From Camelus dromedarius (lineage: Eukaryota): a stretch of 64,000 bases of DNA. The stretch is from the NCBI RefSeq assembly GCF_036321535.1, contig NC_087450.1, positions 9,238,001 to 9,302,000 on the forward strand. Direction: 5' to 3'. The notes under the pieces were generated by a model. It was not told the DNA's origin, ran no database searches, and worked only from the letters and a program-made list of their open reading frames with translations. Made by a program: the position numbers and the translations under genes. Positions 1 through 9,737 of this stretch are shown here, in pieces; positions within the stretch are counted from its first letter, which is position 1, and each line of letters begins with the position of its first letter.

Positions 1-422
1 GGGCCCAGCCTCCTCTTCCTGGTAGTGTTTCTTCTTGTGTTTCTTCTTGTGCTTCTTGTGCTTTTTCTTGTGCACTCCGTGGCCGTGAGCACCCGCCAGA
101 CTCAACTCCAGGGCTTCCCCTGCGGAAGGAGAGCCTGTCAATGGTGAACAGCTGCAGCGGGGCAGGGAAACCCCTGAAGAACCCAACACCCTGAGGCGGC
201 TTGGTCTTCCCGCGGTACACGCTATTACCATAACAACAGCCCCGCCTTTCTCCGCCCCGCCTTTCTCCGTCCCACCTGTGGCGAGGTACCCACGAAGCTC
301 CGAGGAGCAAGAAAGGGACTCCTTTCCTGTGAAGGCCTAAGTTGCTTTCTCTACCCGAGCTTACCCGGCTCGGGGACCTCCATAGCCCCAGAGGTGCTCC
401 CGCGCCGCCACAGCTTACTCAT
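1..422 (-). CDS. INO80B: INO80 complex subunit B, 5' part (coding exon 1 422-365; exon 2 119-<1, runs off the window)
   Basis: Exon 1 translates MSKLWRRGSTSGAMEVPEP(G) and ends at a G|GTAAGC donor. Exon 2 follows a CAG acceptor and reads GEALELSLAGAHGHGVHKKKHKKHKKKHKKKHYQEEEAGP. Phases match (1/1). This is the recognisable INO80B N-terminus with its His/Lys tract. Confidence 0.96.
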
Positions 423-760
423 GGGGCCCAGCAAGGAAAGGGGGCTGGAAATAGTTGGGACACAGGCAGACATACATTTTCCGCCCCGCGGAAGAACTGA
501 TTCCAGCAAATAACGGGCTACATCCGGTGTGTAGCGACCATACTTGTGCGGGGCACTCTGCAGCTAAAATCCTCCCGGAGAAACAACGGTTCTTCTAACA
601 AGAGTTCCGCGCCCTCTGAGGCCGGGACCGCTCAAAGGGGCGCGGCTTTCTGCTCGCTCCGCCTCCCCACAATCGTGATCCGAACTCACAGCTGGCGATT
701 CAATTATTATTACACTCAAGCGTGGTGAGCGTATATTCCGGACCAAATTTGGGGCTATGC
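423..760 (-). promoter_or_regulatory. CpG-rich promoter/5' UTR of INO80B
   Basis: CpG-dense stretch directly upstream of the ATG at 422, with a GC box (ccgccccgc ~481-489) and an ETS-like CGGAAG (~489-494). Confidence 0.6.
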
Positions 761-869
761 TATGAGGATACAAAGATGAATACGAACTCTTCGGTCTGCC
801 TTTGAGGAGTTTACAGTTCGGCGGAGGAATTAGAAACTATATTGCCGGCAAAATGGCAAAAGGGCTTAA

Positions 870-1400
870 CATCACATGTGCCCTACAAGCAGAGCAAATG
901 ATATTTCAGCCTAAATTCTCATCAGTAGAGAAATGGATAAATGAATTGTGGTGCGTCTATCTAATCTGGAACACCATGTTGCTAACAAAGGCTGAGGTGA
1001 TAAGTAATTGACGAGATTGTTCCAACTAAAAATTGCCACTTGCCATGTACCCCTGCTTGAATTAAATCATGAGCCTCTGCAGCTGTTGACCTCCAGCACT
1101 CCCTGAAAGGAGTTCAGTTGACATGGAATTTAAGTCCTATTGAGTAATAGCATTGGAAACAAAGTGTGCCTCTAATGAGGCACCAAAGTGATTTGGTACA
1201 TGGATTTGATACATCCATACAATGGGAACTATGCTGCTACTAAAAGAAATGAGGCCCCAGAAGGCTACCCAAGAAACTGGTGACAGCCATCCGATGGATG
1301 GTTGGGGTAATGAGGGTGAGGGGAGACGTTCTTCATAATATTTTGTGCCTATTGAACTCTGTACAAAATGTGCATGTTTTACCTAATTTGAAAAAAAAAA
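870..1400 (+). mobile_element. Old L1 3' fragment, interrupted by a mini-LTR
   Basis: Degenerate L1 ORF2-end motifs (aaatggataaatgaattgtgg; catacaatgggaactatgctgctactaaaagaaatga) and an A-rich end at ~1390-1402. Confidence 0.55.
1018..1123 (+). mobile_element. Internally deleted 106-bp ERV1-type solo LTR, same family as 4686-5194
   Basis: TG...CA termini. The first ~100 nt align to the 5' end of the 4686 LTR (attaaatcatgagc...ctccctgaaaggagttcag), then jump to its terminal ttcagt(t/c)gaca. Confidence 0.65.
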
Positions 1401-1974
1401 AAGGAACAAGGTAGGTCTGTGTGTGCTAACATATGAAGTAAGAAAAGCAAGTTTCAAGATGATGTGATCCCACTTTGTGCTGCACACCAGAAACTGACAC
1501 AGTGTAACTGACTGCACTTCAATTTTAAAAAAGTCACCGAGATGGATAATAAATTATTAAAATTTTTTTTAAAGATGATGTGATCCCATTTTAAAAGGCA
1601 TACTATGCTACTACATACATAACAAAAAAATGAGGAATGTATACTATACCGTAAATGGTGATTACCTTTAGAAGCTAAAGTTGGGAAACTTTCACTGTGT
1701 AGATCTGTAGTGAATTTCCTTTCCTTTCCTTTTTTTATTTTAAAATATTGCTTAGTGTTTTTTAAAATGAATTTTCTTACAGCCAATTTGTATCATACTT
1801 ATATTTAGAAAAAAGCACCACCTATATACAGATATATAAATATATATGAGATGCATGTCTGAACAAGGTAGCAGCAGGGAGCAAAATAAGGGATGAACTG
1901 ATTCCAGAGACACTTCATTGATGAAATTTTAAGAAGTTCATGAACAATTATATATGAAAATTAAGGAAGAACTC

Positions 1975-2150
1975 AGTGTAGTTTAGTGATTAAGATTAAG
2001 AGAATGAACTTTGGAGTCAGATAAGCCTATTATCAAATCCTATTTTATTGGCTGTGTAACCTTGGGCTCAAAGTAACTTAAGCTCTCTGAACCTCATAGT
2101 CCAGCTTTGTAAAATGGAATGAAGTTGGACCCACTTCACAGGGCTCTTTC
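1975..2150 (+). mobile_element. MIR SINE fragment
   Basis: MIR core-like text (ctttggagtcaga...tgtgtaaccttgggc...ctctctgaacctca...tgtaaaatggaatga). Confidence 0.6.
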
Positions 2151-2228
2151 AAGGAATAAAGCAAATCAAGAATGCAAAGTCGTATCTGGCACAGAAGGTT
2201 TTCAGTAAGCAAACAACAGCAATAAAAG

Positions 2229-2352
2229 ACTTCTGAAGATACATGCACCCCAGTGTTAACAGCACCACCATTTACAATAGCCAAGACATGGAAGCAACAT
2301 AAATTAAATGTCCATCGACAGATGACTGGATAAAGAAGTTGTGGTGTATGTA

Positions 2353-2394
<42 letters not shown>

Positions 2395-2880
2395 ATGGAA
2401 TACATAAAAAAGAAGAAAATAATGCCATTAGCAGCAACATAGATGGACCTGGAGATTGTCATACTAAGTGAAGTAAGCCAGAAAGAGAAAGAAAACTACG
2501 ATATCACTTGATATCACTTAGATGTGGAACTTTAAAAAATGACACAAATGAACTTATTCACAACACAGAAACAGACTCACCGACATAGAAAACAAATTTA
2601 TGGTTACAGGGGTTGGGGAAGAGGGCTGGAGGGATAAACTGAGAGTTCAGGGTTTGCAGATATTAACTACTATATATAAAACAGATAAACAACAAGGTCC
2701 TACTGTATAGCAAAGGAAACTATATTCAATACCTTATAATAGCCTATAATGAAAAAGAATATGAAAAGGAATATATATATATACACACCTATATATAACT
2801 GATTCACTGTGCTATATACCAGAAACTAACAAAACAAATATACTTCAATTTAAATAAATAAATAAATAATAAATAAATAA
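2229..2880 (+). mobile_element. 5'-truncated lineage-specific L1 3' end containing a (TG)n(TA)n microsatellite
   Basis: ORF2 C-terminal text (gatacatgcacccc...gcagcaacatagatggacctggagattgtcatactaagtgaag), cetartiodactyl-type 3' UTR (ctactgtatagcaaaggaaactatattc) and a (TAAA)n tail. Confidence 0.85.
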
Positions 2881-3799
2881 CTTCTACATTTCTAGCCCAA
2901 GTATTAGAGGGAACACAGTGTTTTAAATAAAGAAGAGAACATAAATAAAGGAAGAGAAGCAAGTGAGAAGATAATCACTTAATGTTGCCCAAGATGAATT
3001 TGAGATGTATGTGGGAATGCCCAGATGCAGATGGAATGCTAAAAGGAGAAGTCAGTGGAGAAGGTGTGAGTTGGGGGCTTCATTAGTTTAAAAATGGAGG
3101 TTCCCCCTGAAAAGATGGAAATAGATGAGACATTCCGGAATGAGCAAGAAGATGAAGAGAAAAGGACCAGGAGCAGATCCAAGTGGGCCCCTGTCCTGAA
3201 CAGGCAGGCAGAGGGGCCAGGCAGGGTTGAGAAGAGGTCAAGAGAGGCAAGAAAGCTCCACTAGGGCAGACAGTATCAGCAAAACAAGGTTGTGCCCAGC
3301 TGTATAGCTGTATACAGTTCTGCAAAAGCTAGGCTAAGCTCCGAGAACAGGGTGCATTCCAGCAGGATGTGAAGGCAATAGCCCTATATTACCAGGAGTT
3401 TAAAGTGAGGGATCACCTGCAGTTAGTATTTGTTGAACATACTAGAATTTATAACCCACTTTCATATCTTTTCCCTCCCTTGATCCCCATGGCAGCTCGG
3501 TAAGGGAGACATTATTGTTCCCTCCTGAGAAAACAGAGGCTCAGAGAGGTTAAATGATTTGGCCAGAGTCACATGGTTAGGGGGTGGCAGAGCCAGCACC
3601 AAACAGGCTTCCTGACACTAGGCCCAGTGTTGTTTCCTCAGCATCCTGATGTCCAGCAGGGAGGAAATGGTGACAGTAACTAGCCACAGGCTTCATCATT
3701 TTGTTTTGATTTTTATTTTGCTTTGTTTACCTGGGAGAGATTTGAGCAGGTTTGTAGGTTGAAAGGAAAAACTTTGTCCTTCTGAAAAAGTTCTTAGCT

Positions 3800-4685
3800 T
3801 TATTTTTTAAATACAATTTATTTTGAAATAATTTCAAACTTTCAGAAAACTTGCAAGAAGTGTACAAAGAACTCTCTTAGCTCCCTAAATCAGATTCTAC
3901 AATCATTAACTTTTACTATTCCCTCCCTGTTATCATTATTCCTTTTCTGATCAATCTGAGAACAAGTTGCAGACATGATGCCATTTCACCCCAAATATTT
4001 CACTGTGTACTGCCTCAAAAACAAGTACACAGTTCTATAACTTTTGTGCAGTTAATTGGGAAATTAACACTGATACAATATTATCATCCAATTCACAGAT
4101 CCCATTCAAATTTCAGCCACTGCCCTATGTCTCCTTTTCTTTTCTATGTCAGGATCCAAATCCAGAATCAAGTGTTACATTTCTTCATCGTATCTCTTTG
4201 ATTTGCTTTAATCTAGAACGTTTCCTCATTCTTTCTCTACTTTTTGTGACTTTGACAGTCTTAAAGAGTATAGGACTTTGACTTGTAGTATGGTCCAAAT
4301 CTGGATCCGTCCGGATTCCTCAAGTCTAGACTCCTAATCCTTGGCAGGAGTACTAATCAGAAAATATTATGCTATGTTTCTCTCAGTGTATTATATCAGG
4401 TGTCTCTCACATTGTGTGATTTTATTTCAGTCGACACTTCCACCCACCAGGCATACGTAATATCCATTGGTGAATACTGCATGAATCAATTCTATTGTGA
4501 TAATGGCACATGACATCAGCTTATACTGCCACTGACGATGCTAACCTGGATCACCTACCTGGTCAAGGTGGTGTCTCCCCATTTTCTCCACCACAAAGTA
4601 ACCATTTTCAACTATTTAATTAGTGAGTATTTTTCTGGGGAAATACTCTGAAACTATTCTGATATCCAGTTCCCCATCAAACTTC
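3800..4685 (-). mobile_element. Ancient L1 (L1MC-like) 3' UTR fragment, host of later insertions
   Basis: Typical reversed old-L1 3' UTR text (tttattttgaaataatttcaaactttcagaaaacttgcaagaa; tgatgctaacctggatcacc...ggtcaaggtggtgtct). It continues after the LTR at 5195-5265. Confidence 0.6.
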
Positions 4686-5194
4686 TGCTAACTAAAAACT
4701 GGCACTTGCCCTCTGCCTCTCCAAGGATTGGATCACATTGGCACTTGCCATCTAACTCTGCTTGGATTAAATCATGAGCTGTTGCAGCCGCTGACCTCCA
4801 ACACTCCCTGAAAGGAGTTCAGGATGGCGATCAGGAATGAGGCACTCTGTGCTCTGGGAAAACTGGCTGAACAGGCCTTCAGATAGTTAGATATTTTCAG
4901 GAGAAGGTTTTATGAGCCCAAATTCTTGCATCTCCTCGTATCTAGAAAAGCACTAAAATCATTAATGGTGACATCTGCTCCTCGTGACTAGCAGCAGCCT
5001 CTGCCTAAGTGTGTGCTTGACTGCATGTATCCCCCTTCACTGAAATCATATATAGTACTGAGTTTCCCCCTGCCTCTTTGGAACAGTTTTTCAGAGCTTT
5101 CCAAAATGCTGTGTCCCAGGCTATAGTCCCCGTTTTGCCCCAGATAAAACTTAACCCACAACTCTCACGTTGTGTGATTTTATTTCAGTCGATA
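4686..5194 (+). mobile_element. ERV1-type solo LTR with 4-bp TSD
   Basis: Starts TG at 4686 and ends gtcgata (CA decayed to TA). Flanked by CTTC at 4682-4685 and 5195-5198. TATA-like catatata at ~5048 and PAS-like gataaaa at ~5143. Confidence 0.8.
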
Positions 5195-5265
5195 CTTCCA
5201 CCCACCAGGCGTAATATCCATTGATGAATACTGTATGAATCAATTCTATTGTAATAATTGCCAAG

Positions 5266-5921
5266 TGATGATCTATCTACTTCTAAGACAGGAAGGAAGG
5301 GGGCAGGGCACAGCCATTCAAGGAATGACACAGCGGTTAACACCAAGATGGCAGAAGCTTCAACTCCCAGTACGCCTTGAGGTTCAAGGTGGGGGAGATT
5401 TGACTTCCAGTAGACCTTGAGCTTCATTATACATTCATTATAATATATTAACATGGTAAGTGACACTCCCACAGGTGCTGTAACAGTTCCAAGGCTAACC
5501 ATAAAGGGTCAAAAAGTGGGCGGTGACCCAGTTCGTGGGAATCCCTGCCCTTTCTCCCAAAGTAGTTGGAATAATCCACCCACTTGTTAACATGTGAAGT
5601 TACCCAGCCCATAAAAACTAATGACCCTGCACCTCGTGGTTGCTCTCTTGCCGTCTGAGACTGCCCACACTCTGTCTATGGGTTGTGTATCTCCTTTTAC
5701 TTTAAACTAAACACTCCCATGCCTTGTGGCCTCTCTGGCCTTCTGAGACTGCCTGCACTCTGCCTATGGAATGTGCATCTCACTGAATAAATCTACTTTC
5801 ATTCAACTCTGGCTACACTGTGGATTCTTTCCTGCATGAAGTTTGGCAGGGCATGTCCCAGGGACCCCTCACCTGAGACCCTGGTCACGACCATCCTCTT
5901 ATGCCCCACTTTCCTGTGTCA
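5266..5921 (+). mobile_element. Second ERV1-type solo LTR, same family as 41591-42215
   Basis: Shares long blocks with the 41.6-kb LTR (aagatggcagaag.ttcaact; ggtcaaaaagtgggc; tagttggaataatcc; repeated ctgagactgcccacactctgtctatgg units). AATAAA at ~5786. The 3' end is approximate and the TSD is imperfect. Confidence 0.7.
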
Positions 5922-6559
5922 CAGCCACTCCTCATGAACTTTCCCTGGGTGTTATTTTCACTCTTTCAAGATTCAGAGTCCAGTTGGTAGCGTTCCAGTT
6001 GGTTGGCTTAGGCTCAGTTCTATCCTGGGCTTTGGAGAAGTGGGAGGAGGAGGAATGCCTTCTCCAGCTGCCATAAGAAGGGTAGAGCCTCAGTCTACCA
6101 GTGTTGTCCACAGAACACGGTCTGTGCAGAAATAGGAAGATGATTTGAATACCAGGCAGCTAACAATCCCTTCCTGAATATCTACTCATAATTGAGGAGA
6201 CAGAGACCCAGATGTAAGCAAAGGAAAAATTGTGTAAGATTATGCACCAAACCAGCGGCATGCAGGTAAATGTATAACAAAAGCTCTCCAGGGGAGGGGA
6301 AAAAAAAAAAAAAGCCCTGGTTAATAATGTTCACCTATTTCTGCTGTGTAAATACTCCCATCATGGCCAACTTCAAACGTGGCATTACTAAACACAGAGC
6401 TGGCGAGACATGTAGGGTCGCGCACAATCAGACAGCACTTCTGCCGTTCAGATGCTTCAGGTGTAAACAGCCCCGAGAGATAATGGGAGTGTAAGGTACA
6501 TTGCTGTGTTGACTTAGAGCTGGCAGCTCAGAAGGGTAACCGGTTCTGCGTCTCTGAAG

Positions 6560-6790
6560 GAAAGGGTGCTGACCATTGTGTATAACTGTTTATGTACATT
6601 GCTGGATTTGATTTTCTAGCATTATTAGGAATTTTATGTTTAAGTTCATGAGGGATATTGGTCTTTAGTTTTCTCTTTGGGGTACTTTTTTTTGTAATAT
6701 TAGCTTTATAAAATGAGTTTGGAATGTTCCCTCTTCTACTCTGGAAAATATTGTGTAAAATTGGCATTAATTCTACTTGTATGTTTAATT
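6560..6790 (-). mobile_element. L1 ORF2 fragment
   Basis: Minus-strand ORF MPILHNIFQSRRGNIPNSFYKANIT... resembles the L1 RT-proximal ORF2 segment (LPNSFYEASITLIPK). Confidence 0.65.
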
Positions 6791-7448
6791 AAATTCTCCA
6801 GGGAAGTAAAAAAAAAAAAAAAGAAATGAGAGAGATAATGGAAAAATGAAGTAAACTAATTAGGGAGTGATGAGTTTTGAGTACTTATCACCTTTGCTTT
6901 AATGTAATCTATTCAGTTGTGAGTTTTCCTCATTTAATTTTTAATTAAAGCTGTGTTAGCAGCTGGAATGCACAATTCCAGAAGATTCAGGAACTGTCTC
7001 TCACGAGCCAATGCGAGGCACACCACGGTACCAAACTGACGGTAGGGAGAGCATGCTTTTATTCATTTTTTTAAAAAATTTATGTTATTTTTTAAACGGT
7101 AGAATTAGGAATTTTTTTTTAAAAACTGTGTTTTCAGATAAGAATTTAATTAAAAAAAAAAAAACTCCACAGAAACTTTGGCTCTTGTCTCTTCTCCCTC
7201 GGTTGAGAACAGTGTCAGTGGGCTCCCCAAATCCCAGTCACAACCTCCTCCAGCCGGCTTATGCAAGTGGATGGGAGACTGGGATCTCCAAAATGTAACT
7301 CTGGTTGGGTCACTCTTTTCCCCAAGTTTTCAGTCACTTTAAGCACAAACTCTCAGGCAGGATTTGAGCTCTACTTCCTTTCCAAATGTCTTCCATTCCT
7401 CCAGCTTGTGTCAGGGGTTTTCAAACCCTTCTACAGTGCTCACGTTCC

Positions 7449-7500
7449 GTGCGTGAGCGCGCGTATGTGTGTGTGTGTGTGTGTGAGTGAGTGCGCATGC
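7449..7500. repeat. Alternating purine-pyrimidine (GT/GC) microsatellite
   Basis: gtgcgtgagcgcgcgtatgtgtgtgtgtgtgtgtgtgagtgagtgcgcatgc, seen directly. Confidence 0.9.
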
Positions 7501-7714
7501 TGAAGGCCTGTGAAGAGGACAAGATTTGGGGCTCCAGCCCTTGCTTTCATCACAGCTGCTCTGACTCTATTTCACACCTTCCGGGGAAGATTTCATTTGG
7601 GAAAAAAGAGCATTCTGTTGCTAAGAGCCAAACATTTGAAATGAACCATTTTAGTCCAACAGCATGGCTCACCCCAGTCAAGCACTCTCAAATCTGTATG
7701 CTCTCTTAAGACAT

Positions 7715-7870
7715 CTCTTTTTTTCATTTACTTCAACTGATGGTTTATTCAGTACTTCCTTTGGGCCAGGCACTGGGCATAAAGCAGCGGACAAGACAGA
7801 CTGTCCCTCCCTGGGGAGCTCACAGTTTAGAGGAGTGACAATAGATACTAGAAGAAATTCAGAAACAATG
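7715..7870 (-). mobile_element. L2 3' fragment
   Basis: ttcatttacttcaac...tttattcagtacttcc...gccaggcactggg...acaagacagac...ccct...ggagctcacagtttag is the reversed L2 3' consensus. Confidence 0.6.
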
Positions 7871-9229
7871 CCTTCCCTTTCCCCCTGCCCATCCTTTGAG
7901 ATTTCTCACAGAGGCCACAGATTTTATAAAATCTTTTGACCTGCCTTTCCTACTGACCAGAACTCCCTTCTCCACGTGAACCTTGCGTGTCAAGGATGTT
8001 TGTTGTTTTCCCTGTCCAGCACCCTTTCCCTCACCTCCAGTTGATAGTACCTGGAACAGCCTTTGGGAGAACACCCCTCTGTTCCCTCTCTCTCTCCCAG
8101 CTTACTGGGTTCCAGTTGGTCTCCAGGAGTGAGCAAGTGACCCAAGCCTGGCCAGCTGGCACCTAGACTCCTCCTTAGTCATAGCATCTGGTTCAGGTCT
8201 GACCACCCCTGTCTACAAAGATTGGTCTGAGATGGATAAATGATCCCAAATGGCCCATAGTGAATCCCAGACATTGTAGGAGATTCAGGAAACAGATGCT
8301 CCCTTTTCTGCTGACTTTAAGCCCGAAAATACACACATCCAGAATTTTTGGCAACAAACTTGTTATGCTGTGGAGAGTGAAGCCAGCATGGAGGAAAGCA
8401 GACCTAGATGATGCGAAGAGACAGGACAGTTTCGATGCTGAATGCTTGGATCAAGCAGCACTGCAGCCTGAACCCTGGACATCACAGTTCCTTCAGCCAT
8501 TAATTTCCCTTTTGGCTAAGTTAATTCTAAGTCAGCTTTTCTAAAAAGAATGTCGACTAATTTGCCATAGCAGAGCAGTTCTAACCTGGGCTCTCTAAAG
8601 CCAAAAGCTGGTATTTCTCTGACTCTAGCTCATTTGCTGTGAAGGAGCCCAGGCCTCTCCAGAGTTCTTCCCAGTAAGTTCGGAAGTCAGGAGACTCCTC
8701 ATGTGTGGTCGGCAAGCTTTCCCCTGCCATTTCTTTCTCTCCCACAAGGCTCTCTGGGGGTGAGGGGCCCCTTTTTCTGCAGAAGCTGAGAATCCTAACC
8801 CTGTCTCAGCCAGCCATCAAAGCAGCTGAGAGCCCATATTGAAGTCAGGGATATCCCCACCCTCTTAAGGCACTTCTTGCCTGGGTCCAGGAGCTGAGGT
8901 CGCTTGTGGTACAACCAAGGGCGTAAGGGTGCTGCTCCTGATCGTTTTTCTTCATAGCTCCACGCATGGCGCCCTTGTCTTGTGCCAGGCACTATGCTGG
9001 GCATTTTACATTCGTTCTCATACGTAATCCTCATAGCAACCTGAAGGGTGGAGGTAATGCTGTACCCCCACTGAACAGAGAAAATTCCAGGCTCCAGGGC
9101 TAGCAAATAGCAGAACAGGGTAACCGGACAGATGTGCTCAAGCACTGCTGGTGAACTGTGGCCACTAGGGATGGAGGGTAGCTTAAGTGTCGAAGGGGAC
9201 GAAAAAGAGACATTTGGGACTGTAGGAAA

Positions 9230-9737
9230 TTGAAACGACGGCCTCGGAAGCTGCTTAGGGGTGAGATTGGGCGCGGCGCCGGGGCGGGCTAGAGCAGCAG
9301 TATGCCTCGCTACGATCCCTGGGCCACAGGATTTTCCGCGCGCTGGGAGTCGGCTAGCGGGTGGGGGCGGCAGGTGGGGCGGGGCGGGGCGGGGCGGGGC
9401 TTCCCTGGGCCCGCCCCTTGCCCAGGTGAGGCGTCCGCCACCCGGGCTGGAAGGGGTGATGTAACTCCTCGGTGCTCACGAGGTGTAGGGTTCCCTGGCT
9501 GTAGGGCCAGGCCTGTTTGGAGCCCGGGCCTTTGGCGACGCGAAGGGTGGAGGGAGAGGGTGCCGCGCCCTGCGCGGCCCAGGTGTCGTCTCCGGAGGCG
9601 GAGTTTGCGAACCGGGCAGCGGGAGATTCCCGGCCAGACTAGACGGCGGGCGTCGAGGGGACAAAAGCCAGCCAGACGAGGCAGAGCCGGGCGGCGCGGG
9701 GAGTGCAGAGGGCAGGCAAAGGCCCAGGGCCGCCGGC
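9230..9737 (+). promoter_or_regulatory. CpG-island promoter and 5' UTR of RTKN
   Basis: Very CpG-rich, with a tandem GC-box array (GGGGC)x5 at ~9376-9400, directly upstream of the ATG at 9738. Confidence 0.8.
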
